DNA of 64,000 nucleotides, from NCBI RefSeq assembly GCF_030684315.1, contig NC_081359.1, positions 22,082,184-22,146,183 of the forward strand. The letters run 5' to 3'. The DNA comes from Stegostoma tigrinum (taxonomy: Eukaryota). Of this stretch, positions 12,287-25,723 are shown piece by piece; the stretch's first letter is position 1, and each line of letters begins with the position of its first letter. Both the position numbers and the translations under genes were made by a program. The notes below the pieces were generated by a model. It had not been told where the DNA came from, did no database searches, and saw only the letters and a list, made by a program, of their open reading frames with translations.

Positions 12287-13319
12287 TGCCATGCTCAAGT
12301 CTGTTTCTTGTGTCTTAACCTTGATGAGTGTAAAATAAAAGGCTTTGACTTCTTGACTCCTTTAAATCTAGAACATAAATTTAGCCTCAGTTATGGTAGC
12401 AACATTGACCACGGCCCAGTAAAGTGCAGTGACTATCCTTTAAATGTACTCGATTTCCCATAAAATATATTGAAGTGCACCATATAAATGCAAGTGTGTA
12501 TTTCTTTTATTACTTAATTCCATTTGGCAAGTAACAATTGAATGCTGTTCTAGCTTTCAAGTCACAGGCAGAATTAAGGGCATCACCATTACAGTGTCAC
12601 TCCCTTCCCCATAATTACAAATAGTGACGTCAATTTATACCAGGACAAGAGAGACTTATCTGAGTTATTATAAGAAAAGTTTCTTCACTGCAAATTCTGT
12701 TGGAAGAAAAAAAATCGCAATGTGGTGATCTGTGCTGTGGGATCATCCACACTATCTGTTCATTGAGAGTTCCCTCTCTGCATTTCACCAAGTTCTATAC
12801 AGAAGAAATGTGTGCAGTGAGGCAGGAGTTACAAAACATCTCCAGCATGAAGGCTTCACTATGTTCCAGGCTTACATAAAAGGGAGTTTTGAACAATATG
12901 CCCATAGAGGAACTCCCTTGAGACACTCAATTATTCTCAATTATTCCTTTCCCATCTCCAGGCTCAACTATTTCATTGCCCTGTAGACTGCTTTCCCAAA
13001 TTCCACGTTAATAAGCATCACATCATCCAAAAGTGTACTTGCCTGTTTCTGTCCTACCTTATATTCCATTTGCTGATTACCCCAGTACTACATTGCTTAT
13101 CAGACTGCTCACTAAAGTTCCAGCCACATATTTAAATCCATTCTTGAAATTGACCTTCCCCCTTTTCTCTGGATTTACAAACTGTCCATTTTCCCAGTTC
13201 AAATCTGGAGCATGAAATGCAGCTCAGTGTGCTTAAATGCCAGTTGCTGTTATTGTTCTACATGCTATCGACCTTGTTTACTCAATTATGCGCTCACCTC
13301 TTCCATTTCCCTGAGCTGC

Positions 13320-13775
13320 ACAGGCTGTGACTCAGTCTCTTCTGAGACAGAAGCAAGTGTGTGTGGGCTCAAGTCCCACTCTAGTGCTTCAGTGCAAAAA
13401 TCAAGGCTGAGATTGCATTGTCATACTGAGGGAGCAATGCATTATTAACTATGTTGTTTTAGAGACATTAAACTGAAGACCCCTTTATCCTGTCGGGCGG
13501 ATATAAAAGATCTCGTGTTTTTTTTAAGTGGAGCAGGGGAACTGTCTCTGGTGTCCTGACCGATATTTATCCCCCAATCAATATCATTAAAAAGCAAGGT
13601 TATATAGCTCTTAATACTTTGCTTTTTGTGGGAGCTTGCTGTGCAGAAATTGTTGACCCCCCATTTCTCAAATCACAGTAGTGAATGCACTGCAAAAATA
13701 CTTCATTGGCTGTGAAGTACTAGGGCATGACATGAGGTGATGTAAGATAAAATTTAAATATGTCTTTTTTACTCT
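13320..13775 (+). mobile_element. Deu-domain SINE (SacSINE1/AmnSINE1-like)
   Basis: tRNA-like head, central ...GGATATAAAAGATC...GGTGTCCTGACCGATATTTATCCC...GTGGGAGCTTGCTGTGC..., 3' TACTTCATTGGCTGTGAAG; several homologues in the window. Confidence 0.65.
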
Positions 13776-14269
13776 GTGCTGACACTTCTATCATTTCCTC
13801 CACCATCATATGAATTTATCTAGCACCTAGTGAAATGTCCCAAGATCCTTCTCAGAACATGAACAGCCATTCAAAACCATTCTATTTGCAGTCCCAGACT
13901 TTGCAGTTCTTTAGCAATAACTGCCAAAAATATGATACCAGCTGGGATTAGTGTCAGCTTGTTGGCATTGTTCCTGAATAAAATAAGCTGTAACACATGC
14001 CTGTATCAGAACTTTTAAATGAATCTGCTTAAATTGATCCAGCTCTATAACTGATGGGTTACCATTTCAACCCACTTCTTGGAACAGCTCAATTCAGCCT
14101 TCAACACCAGTGAACCAAATGGCAAGTTCTTATTCTGTGTTTGTAGTCACTGTAGTCAGGTTTAAACAAGTGATTTTGTCAACAGTATGTATATTGCCCT
14201 TGAATAGTACAGAGGAGCATCAAATCTTACCAATAACTGAAACAAAACAGCCACATCCATTTGTCCTTT

Positions 14270-14720
14270 AAAAACAATGCGCTCATTTTCAGAGTGATTG
14301 TCAGGACTCCATCCACAACAGCCTGCTAGATTTGACACCCCATCTACCACATTCAACTTTCACTCCCTCCATCACTGTAGCATAGGATAGCAATGTGCAC
14401 ACTCAACAAAATGCACTGGTGCAACTCACCAAGGCTTGTTTGATAGCACCTTTATAATGATTGATCTCTACCAGCTGGAAGGAAAGGACAGCAGATACAT
14501 GGAAACACCACCACTTATTTGTTTCCCTCCAGGCTACACAACACCTTGAGTATTGCTGGTCTTTCAATCCAGGAATGTCCTTCCTAACAGTGCTGTGGTT
14601 GGATCTGCAATAAATGGATTGCAGTGGTTCAAGAGGGCAGCTTATTACTTCCTATTCAAGGGCAAAGTCAGATGGGAATACATGTCAACCTAGCCAGCAA
14701 TGTTTACATCTGATTAACAA
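14270..14720 (+). mobile_element. Decayed LINE 3' fragment
   Basis: Recognisable LINE ORF2 end (CACTCCCTCCATCAC...TGCAACTCACCAAGGCTT) and 3'UTR; a related 3'UTR piece lies at ~29330-29450. Confidence 0.45.
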
Positions 14721-15347
14721 GTAAATCAAGAAATAGGAAGTCGTGAACAAGTGACTGTGAATATAGTAGCAGATGCATTCTTATCCCCGTCTGTCACTCG
14801 GTGAATTTGCAGATATGTGATGTGAGACACAGAAGAGATATAAAAAAAGAATTGCTGACTGGTGCTATGTACATCATAAACAGTTTTAAAGGCATGAGTC
14901 TCTTCAATCAGCAAACAGAGACAGCAAGCAAGAGAATATCAGAAGGACAAAATGGTATTGACAATGAGTGGAGTAAATTAGACCTTATACAAGTACAAGT
15001 GTGCCAACATTTTCAGCTTTTGGTATCAGGTTATGAAAAAACTAGATTTTTTTCTCAAGAGAATAAATTACTATTTGGCTGACAAACAAGAGGACAATTC
15101 TAAGTTTGTAGAACTGGTAGAGACAGCAAGTAATCATACTTTCAAACTTTCTTCTCTGAACTCTTGTCCGTACGATAGCGATCTATCTTCCTTAAATATA
15201 CTATGTTTGCCTGTCAGGGGAGGTTATTAAGGACAATGGAACCAAGGCAGGTAGCTCAAGTTAAGATACAGATTAGCTTGGTTTGATTAATAATCTGGCT
15301 TCAGGGATTCCTCCTGCTCTACTATTGTTCTTATGATCCCACAGTGT

Positions 15348-15567
15348 TTTTTTTCATTTCAAATGTGTACTTTATTCATAAAAATATCGTTATATTCATA
15401 CATAGTCTCTAAAGCGGTACAGTAACATATGAAGAAACAAACAAACATTGGAGTTTGACTCTATCCATCAAACAAACTAAAGGCATTTCTCATGAGAAAA
15501 CTGAATGGACCCCCGTTTAACTTTGGCAAAAAGACCTTAGATAGTGGTCATTCCCCACTGTGCCTTG
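15348..15567 (-). mobile_element. 5'-truncated 3' end of a Tx1-related LINE
   Basis: T-run + TACTTTATTCATAA and GTGGTCATTCCCCACTGTGCCTTG match the tail and ORF2 end of the element at 33367-33676. Confidence 0.65.
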
Positions 15568-15589
15568 ATTAGTAAGAAGAGAAAAGGAC

Positions 15590-15960
15590 CTTTCACGTTT
15601 TCAAGAAATGCTGTAGTGTTCCTTACATCGGTAAATTACTTTTGAAATATAGTACCCAGTTTGTGCTGAGCAGGATTTCTTACAACACTATGAAATAAAT
15701 TATCAATTCATCTGTTTGACTGATATTGATTGAGCTGATTAAAACACTAGGATAACTATTTATTCTTCTTTAAATCAATATTAATAGGATCTGTTCATTG
15801 ACCTAAACACAGAATTATTTTAAACAGGTTTAATATTTCATCCAAATATCAACATCTTTGACCATGCAATGCTCCCTCAATATTGTACTGAAATGTCATC
15901 CAAGATAATGCGCTCAGATCCCAAATGAAGTTTGAATCCATAACCTTCCGTTTTAACAGT
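15590..15960 (-). mobile_element. Decayed Deu-domain SINE
   Basis: Reverse-complement similarity to 13320-13775 (e.g. GCAATGCTCCCTCAATATTG). Confidence 0.45.
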
Positions 15961-16035
15961 TAGAGTCAAATCCACAATGTGGAAGGAATTGAACAAATAA
16001 CTTTGTGAACAAAAGCTAACACATTTGATTACAAT

Positions 16036-16131
16036 GAGATAACAAAGTGTGAAGCTGGATGAACACAGCAGGCTAAGCAGCATCTTAGGAGCTCAAAAGC
16101 TGACATTTCGGGCCTAGACCCTTCATCAGAA
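16036..16131 (-). mobile_element. Family A mini-element, single arm, with minimal hammerhead
   Basis: Minus strand CTGATGA-A-GGGT-ctag-GCCC-GAAA-TGTC (16129->16102); 14-bp duplication ACATTTGATTACAA at 16021-16034 / 16146-16159. Confidence 0.75.
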
Positions 16132-16294
16132 AATGTATCTCTGATACATTTGATTACAACAATGATTTGTGTTTATAAAATACTTTTTTACACAACAAAA
16201 TGTCCCAATGTGTCTAATGCCTGCCTTATTTAACAACATTTGACTTTGAGCCAAATAAGGAGAAAGCAGACCTATCAATCAACAGTTTCACAGA

Positions 16295-16637
16295 GCGGCA
16301 TGATGGCTCAGTGGTTCATACTGCTGCCTCACAACAGCAGCGATGTGGCTTTGATTGTTACCTCGGGTGACTGTCTGTGTGCAGTTTGCACATTCTCCCC
16401 ATGTCTGCATAGGTTTCTTGCAGGTGCTCCAGTTTCCTCCCACTGCCCAAAGATGTGCAAATTAAGTGAATTGGCCATGCTTAATTTCCCATAATTTCCA
16501 GGGATGTGTGGGTTCGCCACGGGACATGAAGAGTTACAGGGATAGGGGACGGGGTTAGGTCTGGGTGGAATGCTGTTCAGAGGGTTGGTATGGACTCAAT
16601 ACGCTAAATAGCCAGTTTCCACATTGCAAGAATTCTA
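16295..16637 (+). mobile_element. HE1-like tRNA-derived V-SINE
   Basis: A-box TGGCTCAGTGG, V-domain GTTTGCACATTCTCCCC...TTTCCTCCCAC..CCAAAGATGTGCA, CR1-like tail. Confidence 0.75.
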
Positions 16638-19600
16638 AAGAAAGTTTCAAGGTGCCTCTTAAAGGAAAAAAAAAGAGAAGTGGAGAGTTTAGGGAGACAT
16701 TTCTCAAATTTAGTATCCTTGTTACTCAGGCACATTGGCCAGTTGCGGAGATATCAAAATTCGGGACCTTCAAGAAGCCGGAATCAGATGAGCACTGATA
16801 CCTCAGTGTATTGTAGGCTGAAGAAGATTTCAGAGAAAGGGAGGGCAAACCAATGGAGAGATTTGAAAACATGTACAAAATTTAAAAAAAACTTAACACA
16901 TGCTTAATCACAAGCCATGACAGGTCAACAAGCACTAAGGTAATGAGCAAAAATGATCTGGTATGAGTTAGGCAGACTTTTGAATGATATCAAATTTATA
17001 GAGAATAGAACAGTATCAGCCATCCAGAAGTCAAGTGGAAATAATCAAGGTCCAGAGATAAACAGAGGCAGGGACAAGATTTTAAGCGGTGAGTGGAATG
17101 AGTCCAACAATGTCTCAGAATGGAAACGGTCTTCATAATGATGTGGATATGTGTTGAAGCTCATCCCAGGCTCAAATAGCAAGGCTGCTTCAGTCTCAGA
17201 CAGTTTCCAAATAAAGTATCAGAGTGTATGGCAGGGAGGTTTTGGTGTGTAATAGTTATTGGAGGCCATTTCTTCTCAATCAGAACTGAGTTAAAAAATA
17301 GTTTAACGATTTTTATAGTGGTCTTTGGATGATAGGATGGAGAAGGGTAATGGTGAAGCAGAAGTGCCATTGACATTCTTGTGGAAACAGATGTAGTTTT
17401 CACTGAATGACGAAAGGGCAGCAATTAGTCAAGCATTAGAGATTCAAGGATAGATCTCTGGGGGACACCGACGATTAGAGAGAAGTCATTGCAGAAGATT
17501 TTTTGGCTATAATTAGGTGGATAAGAACAGCACCAGTTGAGAGTAGCATCTAGTTAGATGAAAGTGAAAAGGTAATAGAAGAGGATGCAGTACATAGACT
17601 TCGTGGGTGAAGGAGGATGCCACCAGTTCTCCTTCTTTTTCCTGGATAGAATAGACTATTTGGGTTGCAGTGGTGGAGAATCAGGAACTTGAGCTGATAT
17701 ATAAAGCAAGAAATTATACACAACAGAAAATGTTTTCTCATTTTCATGAAGGTTGAGTGTGTACATATTGAGATTTAGAAAATTGTGGCTTTTAGAGACA
17801 ACCTTTAATCTTGAATAAAAATGAAGGGGTCTTGTAGCCTTTTCCATCAACTGCTTAACAACAAGCCATGGTTGTTAAATATTAAAAGAGGCCCACATTC
17901 TTTTGTTGGGAAGCAGGTGTAAGATGTTCACAATTGGAAATGATGGCAGCAACTTTTATATTTGCAGTAGTTGGACTACTAGTGTCCAAAGTCCCAGGAA
18001 GGTGTTGAGATTGTGTTGCAAATGATCATGCTTTTAAACGGTCAATGTAATTCCAAGATAAAAAAGGAAGTTGCAGTCTCAATGGTAAGTCAATCAGCAT
18101 TTCCTTTTTGGATGCCAATGTCATGGACAGGGGAAGCATTTCCAAGATATCCTGAAACTCTCAGACACAATTAGTATGCAAAGATCTTGGGAGGGGGAGG
18201 CAAGTAAAAGTCCAAGATCAATGGATCACGGCGAAGGAATTGGGTGGAAGCTCACACAGATTGAAAAGACCCAATTTCTGTGGGTTTGAAATGAAACTAG
18301 AAGACTTGTTGACCTTTCACTCATGAGAGAATCTTCAGGGGAGGGAAAAAGACTTTCAATCTGAATCACCGTTCTGAGTTAAAAGTTACTAGCTGGGAGA
18401 AGAAATGCGCAGCAGTGAAGTCTCAGGAGTTAAGATTAACTTTTGATATGTTTTGGGAGAATTGAATATCTACCTACAGGATAGTGTATTCTATACCTGT
18501 GAGGTAGGTTTATTTTTTGGTTGAGTTAAAAGTAAAATGGGGAAGTTCTATTCTCTCTTTTAAAGTATCAGTTAACTACGATAAGTATTTAGTAAATAGT
18601 GCTATTAGTCCATTTCTCACAATAAGTCTTAAATTGTAAAATGACTTGTGTCACCTTTCTAGCATCAATTGGAAGCCTGAATCTCTCTTATTGAAAAACA
18701 AACAGTGTCTACAGGGATCCTAACAAATAGAATATAGGCAGCTGTATATCTTCTCATAACCTGCTGGATAGCATACATAATTGGAGTCTTGAAACACATT
18801 AACAAAGCAGATGATGCCATGTAATTTTGAGCTGTATATGTGAAGAAGGATGTAACCTGAGCAGAAAAATGTTGAATTCATAAGACATCAGAGAAGTAAC
18901 TTTTGCTGCACTATTCAAATTTGAGGTTTACGTAATTTTTTTATCAATGATAGACAATGTGCTGAGGGATCGGAAACATTCCCCATTGGGAACATGCTAT
19001 CATCAAATAATCTCTTTTTAAAGTTCTCGAGGGTGAGTGCAGATAGACAGTGGATTGGGATTTTCATTTTCAATGCAATTATTGTGTATTCACTTAAGCA
19101 GGACTGACCAAATCTCTTATTACCATTACAAACATTTTATGAATTATGTAGCCATTATTAATAAATTATAAACTTTAAAAAAAGCATTATAAATGCAATT
19201 AAGGATTGCTTCAGAATGCTTTCCATGTCTGCCTTATTCATTCGTTACGCCATTCCCAATGGGCCACACTCCCCCCGTGTCACAGATTGAATTTTTGAGG
19301 CAGAACCTGCCTTACCAAGCGTCATTGTGACTGGATTGAATGCATTTTGTGAATTTGAGGGGTCGATTGTGGCTTGCAGCAACATGAACTTCTGTGCAGC
19401 TGGGGTTCAAATATGGTGCCAGAGACATGGGAGCTGGAAGGCGCCTGAAGTGGGAAGCACTTCCGTCTCGCCTAGCACATGGTATTCCCAGGAAATGCAT
19501 CCAACATATCAGTTGCATAATCAATGAGCTGCAAAGTGAAACGATCATGTGAGAAACCTCCCTTGGGCCTTTATTATGTAGACGCAATGGAACCCACTCG

Positions 19601-19689
19601 AGTTCTGTCTTTTGTAACCTTTCTTTGTTCCTTCAAATGTAATTCCCGATCAACAGGCATCACCATCATTTATATATTTGGAATCAAAA

Positions 19690-20150
19690 CACATGGAATC
19701 ATTCGGCTCAAAAAGGAGACCATTTAGCCCACTACAATTACGAACGTACAAATAAATGAATTGGCAGCTGGAGAAACCTATTCAGTCAGCTGAGCCAGCT
19801 GGATTTGACATAGCTGATCCCATGTGGTCTCTACATTACAGTCAGTTCCCTGTACCCATTGAGTCTCTTGTCAATCAAGAACTATCTACCTCTGCCTTAA
19901 AATATATTCAATGAGCTTGCCTCAACTGTTCTGGTGTATAGAATTTCACAAATTAGTGACATTCAGAGAGAAAAGTTCTCCAACTCATGGTCTGAAATTT
20001 GAGATACCTTATTCTTAATCTCTAGCTCCCTTTTTCTAGTCTTTTCCATAAAGCTAAATGTCCTTTCAGCAGGCTGCCTGTCAAATTCCATCAGAGATTT
20101 TTTTTTACATTTCAAGAACATTACCTCTCATCCTCCCAATGAATAATGTT
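19690..20150 (-). mobile_element. Decayed CR1 LINE 3' fragment
   Basis: Similar to the reverse complement of other CR1 tails in the window (CTCTGCCTTAAAATATATTCAATGA...). Confidence 0.45.
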
Positions 20151-20369
20151 TCCTCTGCAGGAATAAAAAAAATTAAACAAGTAGCTAAGCTCATTGTCCA
20201 TGCAGTATGTAACGAAGAGTTGGGTCTGGTTTTGGTGGTGTTGGCAAGGGGTGTCCATTGTGTCTACTCGATCATGGCACAGGGAAGTTTCCTCACATGG
20301 CCTTTCACATTACACCTTATTGATTTCCTGGGACTATCACGCAATGGATGAGACAGAGGAGCTTGCGAC

Positions 20370-20720
20370 TTCAGGTGCCTCCTGGTTTCCATGTCTTTGA
20401 CATCATATTTGAAGCTTTGCAACAAGGCTCTTCAAATGCTGCAAGCCACAATTGACACCTCATGATGTGGTAAACAAGTCTAATCACCATCTGATAAGAG
20501 AGTGAAACTAACTGCCCACTTCCAGGACAGGGGTCTGGGGCTGATAGTGGTAGATAGAGAAGGTCCAAACTCCCCTCAATGCAAGACATCACAGTAGGAC
20601 ACATCACCAGACACAACCAGCCTGGACAGAAGTTGCAGCATGAATTAGTATAGTTTTTGTATGAAGGGAGATCTCCTGGCAATGCTGCATGAAGTTCAAT
20701 CTTTCTCTGTGCTCCACAAG
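20370..20720 (+). mobile_element. Possible PIF/Harbinger Myb/SANT-like coding relic
   Basis: Frameshifted translation approx. AWTEVAA*ISIV...WQCCMKFN resembles the W-x-E-V-A...QCRKKFNDL Myb/SANT pattern. Confidence 0.3.
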
Positions 20721-21489
20721 CATAAGTGCCACTATCTTCCCTCTGTTACCTCACACCCAAAGAACCAGCATTCAGACTTCACCTATGCATATGCATCTCT
20801 CTAAATCTCAAGGAGTACAATCCTCAATATTGCATCTAACTTGTGCATTCAAGCGCTCTCTCCACCTCATCTTCCCAAATGACTAACCATTCCCACTCCT
20901 CTGGGCTTTCAGTTCATGCACTATCCCAGCTGCTCATGCATGACCACTAATCACTCTTGCATTCACTTCCATCACTCTCAATCTCTCCATTGCGGGAAAA
21001 TTCTATCCCACAAAAAAACCCAACAATGCTGAGGCTTTCCAGGGATCAGGCTCCTAAGGAAGAAATAGTTAAGCTGGCTGAGAACAGCAGGATTGCTTAT
21101 GGGAGGGTGAAGAAATACTAATGGGCAGCCAAGCTGCATTGTGCTGTGCTGCTCTCCCGTTGTCACTGGTACTAACTCATTCTTCTGCACAAGTTTTTAT
21201 CTATCTTTGACAAATAATTTCCTCTCCTTTATACGCATACCAGCAGCACCCAATAAACCTTCGCCAGGAAGAAAATATTGTTTCTTGCTCTCATCATCAC
21301 TTCCAACTCTGAGGAGGAATCCACTGAACCCTCAGAGGATGCACTGACAAGGTGTTCACCTGCACCCTCCTATTAGCGCTGAGCATACACACTGAGTTGA
21401 AAGATTACAACTGGGAAGAAGGAGACAGAGGCTTCTGTACCATCATGTCACGTGATACTATACAGTGAAGATATCATGACCATGTCCCT

Positions 21490-21800
21490 AAAGGTCTATT
21501 GCTGTGAGACATTACATTGTAATGTTTCAGTTAGGGCTCTGACTGTCCCCTCAGATAGATTTAAGGGATTGTTTGGCGTTACTTTGTAGAAAAGCAGGGG
21601 TATTATCCTGTGTGCTAGCAAATATTTATCTCTCATTCAATATCACAAAAGCTGATCTGTGGGAACTTATTATGTGCAAATGTTCGGCCATGTTTCCTGG
21701 GATATAACAGGGATTACACTTCTGAAATTGTTACATTGTCTGTTTGAATTTTGGAAGCTAGTGGTTGCAAAAGGTGCTATAAAAATTCCAGTTTGTTTTA
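21490..21800 (+). mobile_element. Decayed Deu-domain SINE
   Basis: Homologous to 13320-13775 (AAATATTTATCTCTC...TGTGGGAACTTATTATGTGCAAAT). Confidence 0.55.
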
Positions 21801-24800
21801 TTTTATTAAACACATAGCTTAAAATGAAATTCTATCATAAAGCAATTTAAACAAATTGTTTACATTGTTGGTAGATGTGTAGTGTGTCAGGATCCAAACC
21901 ATTTTGCAAATTTTATTTTCACAGGTTGTGGGAATCTTTTGCTGAACCTTCATTCATTGTTCTTCCCTAACTGCCCTTGAAAATATCATGGTGAGCCACC
22001 TTCTCGACCTGCTGCAGTCTGTGTGCTGCAGGCACACACACAGTACTGTTAAGAAGGCCACATATCTTGCCTGTGATGAGTTATTTGATCTTGGCCACAG
22101 CGCTGTTTAATTGGTGACACTATGTATGAGCCAGCGAGGGAAAAACAAGTTTTATTTCCCCCCTTCTGATTGTTAAACTCTTTTCGGAAACACACATGTA
22201 TATATGCCAGCTGAGTTTAGAAATGGTCTTCGTTGCTGCTCCATAGTTGATTAGCTTAAAAACACTCCATTTCTAGGTTTACAAATGGAGAACAGATGAT
22301 CAGATGAGGCATCAACTGCTGTCATCAGACATGGAAAGATGAAGCAATGGAGAGAAAGTGTATAGTATAAAGAAGCATGAATTCTTTCCTACTAAATCCT
22401 TATCAAAGAAACAACGCAAGTCCTATGTGAGGTCTAATCACCAGTGAATTCCATGTTTCTTTATCTTCTTTAAAGCCAATGTGTTGTGACAGTGCAACAG
22501 TAATAAATGGAAAATGCTTATTACATCCTCTTTCTTCGCTTCTAGCCCTCTGTCAGCTTCAGTCTAAACATTCACATAGAATAGCCTGTGTTGAGTCATT
22601 CTCTGACTCTCTCACTTCCTGCAGGGTAATGCTTTGTCTTCACTTGGCACTTTCACCTAACAGTAGAAGCACAGACTGCAAATTTCCTAAGATGCACTCA
22701 TGGTTCAAACGTTGTACAGCACAATGTATTAGTACCGACTTTTTTTTATCCTTCACATCCTTTTCCACTTGTTATTAGTTTGCACAACAAAGCTGTGAAA
22801 TAGTTCAAATATTATTGACTTTCTTCTACAATTGCAAACCCAATACATTTGTGAAATGCAATATTACCATTTATTAATTAAGCTGAAAGATGCTTTTTAA
22901 CATGGACTGATGCAAAGCAAGTACTTTATCTGTAGCCATTGATTGGACAAAATGTAGAATATGCATTCTCTAACTAGCAACTTAAACTGAACCAATTTAG
23001 CAATCCTTAGACTTTAATATCTGCAAAACAAATTTAATGAATTCACAGTTTGTTTAAGATTTTGATGTTATGATATGCTCTGTTGAATCTTGCATTAATA
23101 GAATTGCAATTTGTGGAAAAAGGCAGTTTTATTAATATTGACTGTAATCTTTCTAAATCCTGAGAGACATTTTCTTTAATTTAATTAATCAAACAAAAAT
23201 ACCATGCATTTTTCCTGTGAAATTCAATATAAACAATAGGACTTCTGATTTGGCTAAGAAATAAATCGAAATCAATCCAAACTAATGTTAAAACAAGTGA
23301 ATTAGAAGGCAAAATGCATTCTTATTGTATGATACATTCCCAACAACTTAATCCAGAAACAATCTAGAACAAGACAGCATGGATGTTTCAAATAGATTTA
23401 TTTTAGGTTATTCTCCAGGTCATTTTGTGCATCAAAACTGGGATTTGACCCAAAAATAAGCTGCAGTGTTCAATGCAACTCAAATGATAGGCCAACTTGT
23501 ACATCAGACCCACTTCAAATGTGTGCCACGATGCCCATATTAGGGTTATCATCACCAAGAATCATTGAGATTCACCAAACACAGCCATCAGTCTTAATAT
23601 TAAAAAAAGGGAAGACACCAAAAATGGGAATACCCAAAAATAATTAGAATTTTGGGTCACTGTGTAAAATGGGGACTGTGATATTTGCCATTTTGCTCAA
23701 TGTTCCATTGAAATTAATGTAAATCGAAACTGAGAGAGTTCTATAGCAAGCAATCTATTCAAGGCATCTCACTTCACAATTTAGCAAAATGATCCACAGC
23801 AAGTTACGATTAAAGCCTTAGAAATTATAACTCCATTTCCAGCCTACTTAAGAGATTTTGTTCATGTCTATCATTTAGATGCTGATCTAAAGGATGGTCA
23901 TTCAGATCATTCTACGTTTCAAGATAAAACTATTAGTTTAATCTGCCAGTTCTCTTTTGCATTTCAGAAAATTGAAGCAGAATTCACATGAAAAGATGCA
24001 AGTATTTTGTTTTGAACTACCATTTTCTACCAATGTCTGTAGTCTGTCTGAAACAGAATACTTTGGTTGACACATGGTTATCGAAGCACAATATTTAATC
24101 AGCTGGATTGTTAATTAACTTTTATGGGTTCCATTGAACATCAGAAAGTAAGAATCAATTTATTTTGTGAACCAACAGAGATGTTCAAATACTGTATAAT
24201 GATACCATACAAATGTAGGTATACTCTGTCCTCTGTTCTGTGTCAATGCATAACATTCCACGGTCTAATTCATCGTGATATGAAACAAATGATGTATCAA
24301 CACACATTTGCAATTTGTGATATTTCACTTTCTGTTGTGACATTTCATCATACATTTACTGTCAACCACTTCCCGTATAAATTCCAATGGAAACATCAAT
24401 ATAGTCGGGTTGGGTATTTTTCCACCGTTTTCATAATTCTCTAAAAACATTTTGAACTTTTCTTAAACTGGCATTTTTCTCTCCTCAGAAGCTTTAAACA
24501 CAAACTTAGTGTGACAGGATTCACTCAAGTCAGATGAAGCACACGCTTTGCAAAAGTCAGCATATTGCTGATCCTGAAAATCTAAAATCAAAGCAGACTC
24601 GTGGTAAAAGAAATTTAGGTCAGACAGCATCTGTGCAGAGGGAGAAGCAGAGATGAAATTTCCATCAGAACTGGGAAAGGTTAGAGATGTAATAGGTTTT
24701 GAGAAAGGAGTAGATTGGCCCAGGGCAGGACAAAATGTCTGCAATGGGGTGGAAAACTGAAGAGCCTGAGTGACAGAAAAAATAGTACACTGAGCCAAAG

Positions 24801-24934
24801 AAAATGGAGATGGGGAGAGAAAGGCAATAAAGAAATGAGAGATGCATCTGATCTGATTTTGCTTGCATTTGAGTATTTGACTTAATGTGGCAAAGCTTAT
24901 ACAATTTCCCATAACATCAGAAACTGGACATGGA

Positions 24935-25197
24935 TAGCATAGAATGCACAGAATTTTACAGTTTGGAAAGAACTCCTTCAGTCCATCGTGTCTGCACTGG
25001 CTATTAAACATTGTATGGCACTTCAAGTGATTATCCAATTACTTCTTAAAAGTTGTGATGGTTTTGCCTCTACCTCCTTTCAGGCAGTGAGTTCCAAATA
25101 CCTACCCATCTCTGAATGAAAAGAATTCTTATGTAATTCCTTTGAAACCTCCTGTCCTTTATTTTACGTTTATGCCTCCAGGTTATTGATCCCTGTA
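24935..25197 (-). mobile_element. CR1 LINE 3' fragment
   Basis: Minus-strand translation ...FIQRWVGIWNSLPER is the CR1 ORF2 C-terminus. Confidence 0.6.
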
Positions 25198-25198
25198 T

Positions 25199-25497
25199 GG
25201 TTGGACAGTGAGCTGGTTCATTGTTTTGCAGACGTTTCATTACCCTGCTGGGTAACATCATCAGTGCAGCCTCCGATGAAGTGCTGTTGTGTGTTCCCGC
25301 CTGATATTTAAACTCTGGTGTCCGTCGAGCTGGATTACCTCAAATCCGGTTTTCCTTTGCAGTGGAGTATATATCGGGTCAAGCTATATGTGTTTGTTGA
25401 TGGCCTTCTTAGTGGAGAGCCAGGCCTCTAGGAATTCCCGTACTTGTCTCTGCTTGGTCTGACCCAGGATCCTGGTGTTCTCCCAATCAAACTTACC
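25199..25497 (-). mobile_element. Penelope-like 3' fragment (endonuclease C-terminus + pLTR)
   Basis: KFDWENTRILGQTKQRQVREFLEAW...INKHI aligns with HFDWDNTPILGQAKQRHMREFLEAW at ~39.85 kb. Confidence 0.8.
25227..25268 (-). ncRNA. Minimal type I hammerhead ribozyme, core intact
   Basis: TGCA-CTGATGA-T-GTTACCC-agca-GGGTAAT-GAAA-CGTC-TGCA: both core boxes, 7-bp stem II, 4-bp stem I, GUC triplet. Confidence 0.75.
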
Positions 25498-25723
25498 GGT
25501 TGCTAATAAGCAGATTAGAAGGATTTGCAGGTTGATCATGTACATTTTGCACTGTGTGATGAATGCATCTTCAATGGTCATCACTCCTGGGTTGGGTTCA
25601 ATCCTGGAACTTTTGATTCAGAAGTACAAATTCTATATGCATCACAAGACCTCTCATTCAAAGGCAGGGTTTAATCAAATATTCAAGAAGTATCTGGTAC
25701 AAAATAGAATGATTACATTTACA

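Noticed and set aside
24463-25038. 191-aa ORF
   Set aside because: Spans antisense repeat fragments; no domain, composition not protein-like.
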